Shown: piece after piece, positions 36,391 through 47,200 of the stretch
Numbering within the stretch: the first letter of the stretch is position 1
Layout: each line of letters begins with the position of its first letter
Virus record (IMG/VR): IMGVR_UViG_3300004807_000021
Span: 10,712-74,711 of that record
Source of the DNA: a virus
DNA: 64,000 nt
Direction: 5' to 3' (one strand)
Notes under the pieces: model-generated
The model's database searches: none
What the model was told of the DNA's origin: nothing
The model's input: only the letters and a program-made list of their open reading frames with translations
Made by a program: the position numbers and the translations under genes

Positions 36391-38613
36391 ATGAGTGACT
36401 TTTCAAACCTAGTTGACTCTGCAACTACTTCAGTATCTAATGCCGCATCATCTGCTGTAGATTTTGTTAGTTCTGGAGTAGCAGGTGGATTATCTGCCAT
36501 AGCAGGCGCTGCCGGTGGACTTGTTTCCTCGCTTACGTCAGGCATTAAACCATTAAGTGGAATCAAATTACCTTTAGCTAATCCTTTATTTGCCTATGCT
36601 AGTTACGATTATATTTTAGGCATTGCATCTATTACTAATGAACAGTTGAATAATCCAGATAAAGGTTATATGGGTAACACTTCCAAGTTTGATTGGATTT
36701 GTAAATCAGCTAACATAGATCCCGGCAACCGAGTACAAACTGCCTTTGGAAAATTTGATTTCTATATAGACAAATTAGAAATTAATTCTAGCATGGGCAT
36801 GGAGGGTAACAGTTCGTCAAACATGCTGAACATGTCGTTTGATATCATCGAGCCTTACAGTATGGGTATTTTTTTAATGGCAATTGAAGAAGCCGCTTGG
36901 AAAAATAAGCATGACAATTATACAATGGCTCCGTATTTGTTAACTATTGATTTTAGAGGCAACACAGAAACAGGAAAAATTTCCACTATACCTCAAACTA
37001 GTAGAAAGATTCCTTTCAAATTTTTGAATATCGAAATGACAGTGAACGAACACGGGTCAGTTTATCATTGCGAATGTACAGCAGCCAACGGAGAAGCACA
37101 CAGCGCACACAACAGTGAAATAAAAACTGATGTAAGTGTAAAAGGTATTACTGTACAAGAAGTTTTGCAAACAGGAGAAAAAAGTTTGCAAGTGGTTATC
37201 AATCAACGACTAAAAGATCAAGTAAAAAAAGGTATTGTAAAAACTCCTGATCAAATTTTTATTCTTTTTCCCAAAGATATTTCTTCTTCGGCAGCTGGAT
37301 CAACACAGTCAAAGGGTGAAAATTCGTCTGGAGCAACTATATCTACATCAACAATGTCTGCAATCACACAGCAATTACATTTGGTGCAAAGCAAAGTTCC
37401 AGGCAACAATACATTTGTACAAGATCCTGCCAATGTGAACGAACTTGGCAAAGCCAAAATGGGATTTAGCGACACTAGAAAAGGTGATGCACCTGTGGGC
37501 AAAGACAACAAGGTAATTGACAGTAAAGGCAATGTTATACGCAGTAACAATACTGTAGATCCTAAAATTAGTGACATTAGGTTTAGCCAAGATACTGATA
37601 TACCAACAGCAATAAATCAAGTATTGTTAAACAGCGAATATGCATCCAGCGCACTAGGCGAAGCACAAGTAACTAAAGACGGTATGAAAGTGTGGTGGAG
37701 AATTGACACACAAGTTTTTATTGTCAGCGATAATTCTAATGAAAAAACTACAGGTAGACAACCTAGAATTATAGTGTACAGGGTAGTGCCCTATGAAGTA
37801 CATTCTACTAAACTTATGGCACCTAATACAAAAGCTTCAGGGTTTACTGAACTTAAAAAACAAATTGTTAAAGAATACAATTACATCTATACTGGAAAAA
37901 ACGTTGATGTTATAAGATTTAATTTAAGTTTCAAAACTTCTTTTGCAGCCATAATGGGAGCAACGGCAATAGATCAAACAGCCGATGCAAAATTAGCCGA
38001 CTCAGACAGTGCCGCAGAACCTAAATTAAATAATTCTAATCCTTTGCCAGATGGACAAAAAGCTCAAAAAGGAACAGTTCCGTCACAAGTTAGATATACT
38101 GGCACTAAAACAAAATCAGATAACAAAGGCGGCGGTGGACTTGAAACTCCTAATACCCGTGCGGCTAGACTATTTCACGATGCTGTAAATGATCAGTCAG
38201 CCATGCAACAGTTAGAGATGGACATAATAGGCGATCCTTACTATATTGCACAAAGTGGCAACGGCAATTATACAGCTAAACCAAGTCAATACAAAAATCT
38301 CAATAGTGATATGACTATTAATCATCAAAATGGAGAAGTGCATATCGTTATTAATTTTAGAACACCAGTTGATTTGAATCAAGCTACTGGTTTATATGAC
38401 TTTGGAAAAAGTACAAAGAGCGCACCTGTATTAATGTGGAGTGGATTTTATCATCTATTAACTGTTACAAGCAAATTTGCTGGCGGACAATTTACACAAA
38501 CGCTTAAAGGCAATCGTGTACCAAGTCAGGAATTCAAAGGTACCGGTTCTGCATCAAATACATTTAACGTTAACGTTCCAGAAAAAGCCAAAGTACAGGA
38601 ACCATCTAAATGA
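36391..38613 (+). CDS. Baseplate hub protein (gp27/gpD-like)
   Basis: 740 aa between gp53 and gp5; C-terminal M.IIGDP.Y and SG.Y....V.S.F..GQFTQ.L motifs of hub proteins. Confidence 0.6.
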   Translation: MSDFSNLVDSATTSVSNAASSAVDFVSSGVAGGLSAIAGAAGGLVSSLTSGIKPLSGIKLPLANPLFAYASYDYILGIASITNEQLNNPDKGYMGNTSKFDWICKSANIDPGNRVQTAFGKFDFYIDKLEINSSMGMEGNSSSNMLNMSFDIIEPYSMGIFLMAIEEAAWKNKHDNYTMAPYLLTIDFRGNTETGKISTIPQTSRKIPFKFLNIEMTVNEHGSVYHCECTAANGEAHSAHNSEIKTDVSVKGITVQEVLQTGEKSLQVVINQRLKDQVKKGIVKTPDQIFILFPKDISSSAAGSTQSKGENSSGATISTSTMSAITQQLHLVQSKVPGNNTFVQDPANVNELGKAKMGFSDTRKGDAPVGKDNKVIDSKGNVIRSNNTVDPKISDIRFSQDTDIPTAINQVLLNSEYASSALGEAQVTKDGMKVWWRIDTQVFIVSDNSNEKTTGRQPRIIVYRVVPYEVHSTKLMAPNTKASGFTELKKQIVKEYNYIYTGKNVDVIRFNLSFKTSFAAIMGATAIDQTADAKLADSDSAAEPKLNNSNPLPDGQKAQKGTVPSQVRYTGTKTKSDNKGGGGLETPNTRAARLFHDAVNDQSAMQQLEMDIIGDPYYIAQSGNGNYTAKPSQYKNLNSDMTINHQNGEVHIVINFRTPVDLNQATGLYDFGKSTKSAPVLMWSGFYHLLTVTSKFAGGQFTQTLKGNRVPSQEFKGTGSASNTFNVNVPEKAKVQEPSK

Positions 38614-40130
38614 TGAATGAAGATTATTCCTCACAAGGAACGGAACCAAAACCAGGCCCGTTTTTAGCAAAGGTTGTCAGCAATCTTGATCCTACCTACA
38701 TGGGTATCCTTGAAGTTGAAATTTTAAGACCCGTAGGATCAACTGATAGTGAAACACAACTACATCAAGTAAAATATCTAAGTCCTTTTTATGGCGTAAC
38801 CAGTGTAGATTTTACTGGACCTAATAATGATTATCAGGATACACAAAAAAGTTACGGCATGTGGATGGTACCACCTGATGTAGGTACTATTGTCATGATA
38901 ATGTTTGTCAACGGAGATCCTAAGCGAGGTTACTGGTTAGGGTGTGTAATTGATGACACAATGAATTTTATGATTCCAGGTTTGGCTGCCACACAACAAG
39001 TAGTGGGCGGTGCAATAGACACCAATTACGGCAGTGCTAGTCGAGTGCCAACTTCTGAATATAACAAAGCGGCTCCAGACAGTGCCACTACAGGAGATCC
39101 TGAAAAAAATCTCAAACCCGTTCATCCCTTTGCACAGATACTAAAAAACCAAGGATTGTTGTTAGATGACATTCGTGGAATTACTACCAGCAGTGCTAGA
39201 AGAGAAAGTCCTAGTATGGTATTTGGTATTAGCACTCCTGGCCCAACAGATAAGCAAACAGATGCAAAACGTGCAGACGTTGGTAAAGCAGAGTGGAAAA
39301 GATTAAATGCTCCAGTAAGTAGGCTGGGCGGTAGTACATTTGTTATGGATGATGGAGATGCCAACTGGCTTAGAAAAAAAGCTCCTACGGATGGTCCTCC
39401 AGAATACGCCAGTATTGATAATGGTGATACAGACGGCGATGTTACAAAACCTGCCAACGAACTAATTAGGTTACGTACAAGAACTGGTCATCAGATATTA
39501 ATGCATAATACTGAGGATTTAATTTATATTACCAATAGTCGAGGCACTGCTTGGATAGAATTAACCAGTGATGGTAAAATAGATATCTATGCTCAGGACA
39601 GCGTAAGTGTTCATTCTAGTAACGACTTAAATTTTTATGCTGATCGAGACATTAATTTTGAAGCAGGCCGCAACGTTAATATCAAAGCCGCAGAAAGATT
39701 TCAATCAGAGTCGGGCAAAGATTATAATGTGATTGTCGGAGGCGATGGCAAACTTACTATTACTGGAAAATATGATGTTCATACTGGCTCTAGTAACAAA
39801 TTTACATCAGGCGGAGATACGCATATCATGGCAGCCAATACTGCCATCGATGGCGGTAACATTAATTTTAATTCAGGTGTTGCAACCAGCGCAGCCAGTG
39901 CAACTGCATTGTCTACCATAGACAATCCAACAGAAACTGACGGTACAACAATTACAAGTATAATGGCTCGAATACCAACTACAGAACCTTATCCGCACCA
40001 TGAAAATCTAGATGGGTCTTTGTTTAAGCCTGATGCTACTGATAGGGAAAAAGCCTCAGCTATCAGTGTTCCAAAATCTTGGAAAACATATACATCTTCG
40101 TCAGATACCTTCTTAAAAGGAAACAATTGA
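38610..40130 (+). CDS. gp5: Baseplate central spike, gp5/VgrG-like, without lysozyme domain
   Basis: OB-fold DP..MG.L.V...SYGMW.VPPD.G..V...F.NGD....YW.G, RTRTGHQI..H, then beta-helix repeats. Confidence 0.8.
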   Translation: MMNEDYSSQGTEPKPGPFLAKVVSNLDPTYMGILEVEILRPVGSTDSETQLHQVKYLSPFYGVTSVDFTGPNNDYQDTQKSYGMWMVPPDVGTIVMIMFVNGDPKRGYWLGCVIDDTMNFMIPGLAATQQVVGGAIDTNYGSASRVPTSEYNKAAPDSATTGDPEKNLKPVHPFAQILKNQGLLLDDIRGITTSSARRESPSMVFGISTPGPTDKQTDAKRADVGKAEWKRLNAPVSRLGGSTFVMDDGDANWLRKKAPTDGPPEYASIDNGDTDGDVTKPANELIRLRTRTGHQILMHNTEDLIYITNSRGTAWIELTSDGKIDIYAQDSVSVHSSNDLNFYADRDINFEAGRNVNIKAAERFQSESGKDYNVIVGGDGKLTITGKYDVHTGSSNKFTSGGDTHIMAANTAIDGGNINFNSGVATSAASATALSTIDNPTETDGTTITSIMARIPTTEPYPHHENLDGSLFKPDATDREKASAISVPKSWKTYTSSSDTFLKGNN

Positions 40131-40131
40131 T

Positions 40132-40566
40132 ATGACCATTTATACTGTTCCACAATTACCACAAAATCAACCTAACAGCCCTGTCAAAACACAGTTCTAC
40201 AGGGGCTTCAGTACTGTTAGCAAAGATACACAAAATTATGCACTATACGATTTTGCACTTATCAAGCAAGACTTGTTGAATAATTTCTTTGTAAGAAAAG
40301 GTGAACGTTTGATGCAACCTGAGTTTGGATCTATAATCTGGGATCTACTGTTTGAGCCATTGACACCTGATGTACAAAATGCAATATTAGAAAATGTTAA
40401 CGAGATTTTTAACAGTGATCCTCGTGTTCAGGCAACAAATATTTTAGTTACACCTTATGATAATGGCATACAAATACAATGTGATTTGAAATATTTTCTA
40501 TACAATTTGCAAGAATCTATACAATTGAAATTTGATCAAGACAACGGTCTGCTAGGTCCGGCATAA
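40132..40566 (+). CDS. gp25: Baseplate wedge subunit gp25
   Basis: IKQDLLN.F..RKGER.M.PEFGS.IWDLLFEP and DPRV motifs. Confidence 0.9.
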   Translation: MTIYTVPQLPQNQPNSPVKTQFYRGFSTVSKDTQNYALYDFALIKQDLLNNFFVRKGERLMQPEFGSIIWDLLFEPLTPDVQNAILENVNEIFNSDPRVQATNILVTPYDNGIQIQCDLKYFLYNLQESIQLKFDQDNGLLGPA

Positions 40567-40571
40567 AATAC

Positions 40572-40595
40572 GCACTTAATTTGTTTCAATAAATA
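40572..40595 (+). promoter_or_regulatory. Late promoter GCAC-N14-TAAATA for gp6
   Basis: GCAC at 40572-40575, TAAATA at 40590-40595, AGGA RBS downstream. Confidence 0.7.
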
Positions 40596-40614
40596 CAAGT
40601 ACTAGGAAAAAATA

Positions 40615-43600
40615 ATGAGTTCAACGGACAGACAAAATAATTTATTAGTGTCAGAAAATTGGCAAAAAATCTATCAATCTTTCAAGAATGCCGATTTTCA
40701 AAGCTATGACTTTGAAAATTTACGTCGTACAATGATTGAATATGTCCGTACAAATTTTCCTGAAGATTTTAATGACTATATTGAGTCTAGTGAATACCTT
40801 GCCCTAATAGATCTTATAGCATTTGTTGGTCAAAGTATAGCGTTCCGTGTGGACTTGAACGCCCGCGAGAACTTTTTAGAGTTAGCAGAACGCAGAGAAA
40901 GTGTACTACGCTTATCTCGTATGATTAACTACACTGCCCATAGAAACGTTCCAGCAAACGGCCTACTAAAATTCAGTGCAATCAGCACAACAGAAACAGT
41001 GTTTGATAGCAATGGCAGGAATCTATCAGGACAATATGTTACTTGGAATGATCCTAGTAATTCTAATTGGCACAATCAGTTTATTTCAGTATTAAATGCC
41101 GCATTGCCATCTACTCATCAATTTGGAAATCCTATAGATTCTGCTACGATTTACGGAGTTCCTACAGCACAATATAGATTTAATTCTAATCCAACAGAAG
41201 TGCCTGTTTATCCTTTTACAAAAAATATTGCTGGTCGTAGTATGAATTTTGAAATCACCAGTACTACATTCAAAAATCAAACTTACATATACGAAGAGCC
41301 TCCTAAAATAGGAAACGCCTTGGCATTTATATACTCTGATGACGGACATAGTGCAAGTAGTCCAGGCACTGGATTCTTTTTTAATTTTGTGCAGGGTACT
41401 CTAAATCAAAGTACATTTACAATAACAAATCCAACAGCCAATCAAACCATAGATATTAACACACAACAAATTAATGATACAGATGTGTGGTTATATTCAT
41501 TAAATCAACAAACTGGTTTAGAAGACACATTGTGGACACAGGTTCCTTCTACATCAGGTAGCAACTCAATCTATAATAGTATTAACAATTCTATTAAAAA
41601 TATTTTTAGTATAATAACTAAAGCACAAGATGCAATAAGTCTTTCTTTTAGCGACGGTACATTTGGTAATTTACCAATTGGAAATTTTAGAGTTTATTAT
41701 AGAACCAGTAATGGATTAAACTATACTATCAATGCCAATGATATTGTAAATGTTTTGTTCAGCGTGCCTTATACATCGGCAAGCAACCAAACAGAAACGT
41801 TAACAATTAGTTTAAGTCTAGCAACCAGTGTAATAAATTCAGCACCTTCAGAGTCAAACGCCAGTATTAAGACAAATGCTCCACAGACATATTATACTCA
41901 AAATCGTATGATTACTGGCGAAGATTATAATATTAGTCCGTTGAGTGCTAATTTACAAATTGCAAAAGTCAAAGCAGTCAACAGAACTAGTAGTGGTATA
42001 AGTAGATATTTTGACTTGCTTGACCCTACAGGAAAATATAGCACAACTAATTTGTTTGGTGATGACGGGATCATATATCAAGAAACATACACCTATTCAA
42101 CAAATTTTTCCTATGTAACTGATTTAGATATTCAAGGTGTAATTGATAATACAATTTATGATATATTAAATTCTCCTGATTTAAGAAATTTTTATTACGC
42201 AAATTTTTTAGATTATCTTAGTGTTAGTATCAATGCTGCCTGGACTAGCGTTACTATTGACAGTAATACAGTTAGCGGATTTATTAATGCCCCAGGACAA
42301 ACTATTCCATATATTGTAGGATCATCTACTGCTACAGATTTGAAATATATTACTCCAGGATCTTTGATTAAATTTATAGCCCCTGCAGGACAATGTTTTA
42401 ATTTAACTACAAACACATTGATAACATCTACAGTAAATTTTGTAGGAAATATTTCTGGTAATACGTTAGTTATAACTAATGTAACTGGTAATGTTGTTAC
42501 CGGCATGTCTTTAAGCGGTGGAACAGTTGCCGCTGGAACATATATTGTTTCAGGATCTGGAACAACATGGATAGTAAACAAGTCTCAAACAGCAACAGCA
42601 ACAACTGGATCAATATCAGCAGATAACACAGCCAATTATATATGGGCGCAAGTTGTTAAAGTAACTGACGATGGTACTGCTGGCGGTAGCGGAGTGTTGA
42701 CTGACGGATCAGGACCAATCGTATTAGATAAAGTTATTCCATCGAAAGCAATTTTATCTCAGATAATGCCGCAATTTAATAGAACATTAACCCCGTCTAT
42801 TATAACAGCAATGATTGATTTAATTAAGGCAAATGATAATTTTGGTTTGCGATACGATGCATTAACAACTACGTGGCAAATTGTCTATGCAAATAATTTG
42901 AATTCTGTTAACGCATTTAGTCTTGCTAACCAAGGCGATACAACGTTACAAAATTTAGATTCAAGCTGGATTTTATTGTTTACATCCAACACAGTACAAT
43001 ATACAATTAACACAAGAAAATTGCGTTATATATTTGAAAGCGATGCAGAACTGACATTCTATTTTGACTCTAATGTGCCAGTATACGATAGTACTTCTAG
43101 TTCTACAGTATTAGATACTGTTAAAATTCTTAGTGTTAATCCACAACCTGATTTGCCAACTCCTTTCACACAGGATCTTACTTGGCAAATTGTATCCGAA
43201 TATTATGGACAAGATGGCTACATTGATCCTAAGAAGATTGTAGTTACCTTTGCAGATTCAACAGGCAGTGGAGTAGTAGATAATCCTCAGTTGTTTGTGG
43301 ATATTGTAAGTCCATTAACAGGTGATGTTACAACCAAATATATTGTAGAAGAAAGATATACAATTTCTTCTGGCCAAGAAGATTACAGATATGTAGCCAA
43401 TGATCCAATATTGGGACCTGTGATAGTATTGCCTTCACAAGGCAATGCTTCTTTTGCATCTTATGCGGACGGTACATATTTTTATTTTATAGATACTGCT
43501 ACAGTTGTTAAACTAAATCTGTCAGGTGTACTAAAATTAGTTCCAACACTTGATTATAAAGTATATGTTGGTCGTTCTAAATTAAAATTTCAATATGTAC

Positions 43601-44256
43601 ACAGTGCAGACTACGACAGTAGAATAGATCCAGGATCTAGTAATATCATGGATGTGTATGTATTAACAAAAAATTACGATATTGCATTCAGACAATGGTT
43701 GTCATCAGGCGGCACGTTACCGTTACCACCAAGCTCTGATGAATTACATTCGTTGTTATCAACAAATTTAGATTTAATTAAATCTATATCAGATGAAATT
43801 ATATATCATCCAGTCAGTTACAAATTATTATTTGGATCAAATGCAGATCCTAGTGTACAAGCTACCTTCAATGTTATGATCAACCCATCGGGTACTGCAT
43901 CCAACTCTGATATTAAAGCAAGAATACTCACAGCTATAAACACATTTTTTAGTTTAGATAACTGGAACTTTGGCGACTCTTTTTATTTTACAGAATTATC
44001 TACTTACGTTATGAATCAATTAACACCTGACATTATTAATTTTGCTATTGTTCCAACACAGCCAGGATTATATTTTGGCAATTTGTTTGAAATCCAATGT
44101 CCTAGCGATCAGATTTTAATAAGCTCAGCTACTACAGATAATATAGTTGTGGTGTCTGGCTTTACTGGATCTAATCTAAAAACAGTAACACCTCAAAATA
44201 CAAATTTTTCAAATAATCAATCGGTTACTAGCACAGCGTATGGGGGCAATTTGTAA
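40615..44256 (+). CDS. gp6: Baseplate wedge subunit gp6 (enlarged)
   Basis: DFE.LR..MI.Y, DF.DY.ESS, E.FL..A.RR.SV.RL, FSDG.FG..P and ES...IK..AP..Y..QNRMIT.EDY motifs. Confidence 0.85.
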   Translation: MSSTDRQNNLLVSENWQKIYQSFKNADFQSYDFENLRRTMIEYVRTNFPEDFNDYIESSEYLALIDLIAFVGQSIAFRVDLNARENFLELAERRESVLRLSRMINYTAHRNVPANGLLKFSAISTTETVFDSNGRNLSGQYVTWNDPSNSNWHNQFISVLNAALPSTHQFGNPIDSATIYGVPTAQYRFNSNPTEVPVYPFTKNIAGRSMNFEITSTTFKNQTYIYEEPPKIGNALAFIYSDDGHSASSPGTGFFFNFVQGTLNQSTFTITNPTANQTIDINTQQINDTDVWLYSLNQQTGLEDTLWTQVPSTSGSNSIYNSINNSIKNIFSIITKAQDAISLSFSDGTFGNLPIGNFRVYYRTSNGLNYTINANDIVNVLFSVPYTSASNQTETLTISLSLATSVINSAPSESNASIKTNAPQTYYTQNRMITGEDYNISPLSANLQIAKVKAVNRTSSGISRYFDLLDPTGKYSTTNLFGDDGIIYQETYTYSTNFSYVTDLDIQGVIDNTIYDILNSPDLRNFYYANFLDYLSVSINAAWTSVTIDSNTVSGFINAPGQTIPYIVGSSTATDLKYITPGSLIKFIAPAGQCFNLTTNTLITSTVNFVGNISGNTLVITNVTGNVVTGMSLSGGTVAAGTYIVSGSGTTWIVNKSQTATATTGSISADNTANYIWAQVVKVTDDGTAGGSGVLTDGSGPIVLDKVIPSKAILSQIMPQFNRTLTPSIITAMIDLIKANDNFGLRYDALTTTWQIVYANNLNSVNAFSLANQGDTTLQNLDSSWILLFTSNTVQYTINTRKLRYIFESDAELTFYFDSNVPVYDSTSSSTVLDTVKILSVNPQPDLPTPFTQDLTWQIVSEYYGQDGYIDPKKIVVTFADSTGSGVVDNPQLFVDIVSPLTGDVTTKYIVEERYTISSGQEDYRYVANDPILGPVIVLPSQGNASFASYADGTYFYFIDTATVVKLNLSGVLKLVPTLDYKVYVGRSKLKFQYVHSADYDSRIDPGSSNIMDVYVLTKNYDIAFRQWLSSGGTLPLPPSSDELHSLLSTNLDLIKSISDEIIYHPVSYKLLFGSNADPSVQATFNVMINPSGTASNSDIKARILTAINTFFSLDNWNFGDSFYFTELSTYVMNQLTPDIINFAIVPTQPGLYFGNLFEIQCPSDQILISSATTDNIVVVSGFTGSNLKTVTPQNTNFSNNQSVTSTAYGGNL

Positions 44257-47200
44257 TGGCTATACCTTCTAAAAGAAATGGATTTAGTGTAAATTTATTA
44301 CCTAAATTTTATCAGACCGACGCTAATAAAAAGTTTTTACAATCGACAGTTGATCAATTATACCGTCCAGGTACACTGACAAAAACTAGCGGATATATTG
44401 GCCGAAAAAATGCTAAGGCCAGTACAGGTGAAGATGTTTATGTCAAGGCTGCTGATTCAGTAAGACAAAATTATCAATTAGAACCTGCAATCACTATTAA
44501 AGATAATTTAGACAATGTAGTATTTTATAAAGATTATATTGATTATATTAATCAACTTTCAGTATTTGGTGGCAATACTAGTAACCACACTCGCTTAAAC
44601 AACCAAGAAATGTATTCTTGGGATCCACATATTGACTGGGATAAATTTGTTAATTTTCAAAACTATTACTGGTTGCCTTATGGCCCTGAAACCATCACGG
44701 TATACGGGCATGAAATTCCATTAGAAAGTTCTTTTTCAGTTCAAGTACAAGCAGAAGGTTCCAACAACCAATACATTTTTACCCCAGATGGATTAACACC
44801 TAACCCAGTATTGCGACTATACAAAGGTCAAACATACACATTTTATATTGATAGTATTGGTAATCCTTTCAGTATTAAAACTCTAAGATCAACAGGCACA
44901 ACCGATCGTTATATATTTCCAAATGCTATAGACAACTATGCAGTTGAATCAGGAACAATAACATTTGTGGTTCCAATTGATGCTCCATCAATACTTTATT
45001 ATCAAAGTGAAACTGATATTAATCTTGGCGGAACCATACAAATATATGCCGCATCAGATGCTACATCTATCAATGTTGAATCTGAAATACTAGGAAAAGT
45101 TAATTATACGTTGTCTAACGGAACTCCGTTGAGCAATGGAATGAAATTAAATTTCAAAGGACAAGTATATCCAACAAGTTATGCTACGGGTGAATACTAT
45201 GTAGAGGGCGTAGGCACTGCTATTAAACTAATCGATTCTAATACTTTAGAAATTATTGGAGCTTATACAACATCTATTAATGTAGAATTTGATCAAACAC
45301 CGTTTGATCAAGAACCATTTGATACTGCTAGAGGATACGCAGGCAATTTAGATTATATATTAGTTAATCGAGCCAGTAAGGATCACAATCCGTGGAGTCG
45401 TTATAATCGATGGTTTCATAAAGATGTAATTTCTACAAGTGCTATGTATAATGGCAATAATCCGTCGTTAGATCAAACACTTAGAGCAAAAAGACCTATC
45501 ATAGAGTTTTCAGCAGATCTACGACTTTTCAATTTTGGCACAGTTGCAACTGTGGATGTTGATTTAGTTGACAGCTTCACTACAACAGCGTTTGCAACTA
45601 TAGAAGGTGCCGCTGGATATAACATCGACGGAGTTACAGTACAAGCAGGTATGCTGATATTATTTACAGCAGACACTGATCCACTAGTTGCTGGTAAAAT
45701 TTTTCAAGTAGAATACATTGATGTGTTACATTTAGATACCGGAAGCAATCAATTGCATCTAGTAGAAGTAGCATCTCCAATGAAAGATCGAGTGGTGTTA
45801 GCACGTCAAGGCATTACTAATCAAGGAAGCATGTACTGGTACAATGGTACCAACTGGACAAAAGCACAACAAAAAACGTCAGCTAATCAGCCGCCACTAT
45901 TTGATATTTACGATTCTAACGGATTTAGTTACGGCGACTCATCTGTTTATTCTGGATCAACATTTAAGGGAACTGCGTTGTTCAGTTATGCTACTGGTTC
46001 GGGTACTAACGATTTAGTTCTAGGATTTCCTTTACAATATCAAAATGTAAGTAATATAGGTGATATTGTTTTTAATTTTAACCTAGCAATAGATACTTTT
46101 CAATATAAAAATCTAAACACTAATTCACTAGAATCTAAAGCCATCGATGTAGGATTTTTATCCAGTTTAGATTATTCTAACAATACTATCTATTTGAACG
46201 GCTGGCAATTGTGCAAGACTAAAAATCTACAAGCCGCAATTAGAATCTATGATAATTCTGGATTAGTAAATAATTTTCCAGTTGATATCTATGACAATAT
46301 AAACAATTTAACAGATCTCGAAGTTAAAATTTATGTAAACGGACAGAGACTTGATAAATCTTTATGGTCAATAGTTGCTAAAAACACATACTATCAGGTA
46401 GTATTAAACAAAGATCTAGCACCAACTGACATACTAACAATTAGAGCTTTTTCAGATCAACCAATAAATTCAAACGGATTTTATGAAATTCCGTTAAATC
46501 TACAAAACAATCCGTTGAATGATGATATTGGTAATTTTACACTAGGTGAAGTAATTGACCATGTCAACAGTATTGTTGATAATACAGCATCATTTTCTGG
46601 AAATTTTCCAGGAGCAAGCAATCTTCGCGATTTAGGAAACATAACACAATACGGTACAAAGTTTGTTCAACACAGTGGTCCTTTAAGTCTTGCAGTATAT
46701 CATATTACAACAGAATCAAACAATGTTGTCAAAGCGTTGACACAAGCCAAAACTGATTATAGTGATTTCAAAAGACTTTTTATAAACACTGCCAGTTCTT
46801 TAGGTGTACATACTGATCCTGTACAATTTGTAGAATTAATAATGACAAAAATTAATTCTAACAAACCTAAAGTGGCTCCTTACTATTTCAGCGATATGGT
46901 TCCGTACGGCGCCAATGTTAAAACTGACCTGTCTGTAGTTGATTATAGAATTAAAAAATATCCGTTAAACAACACATTTAATTTAACAACGCTTTCAAAT
47001 AAAGCAGTTGGGGTATATCTAAACAATTCACAATTATTATATGGAACTCAATATATATTTGATGACCAAGGCTTCATTGAAATATCATCGAGCGTGTCAT
47101 TAAGTAACGGTGATATTATTACAACTATAGAATATGATAGTACAGACGGTAGTTTTGTTCCAGCCACTCCAACTAAATTAGGGTTATGGCCAAAGTTTGA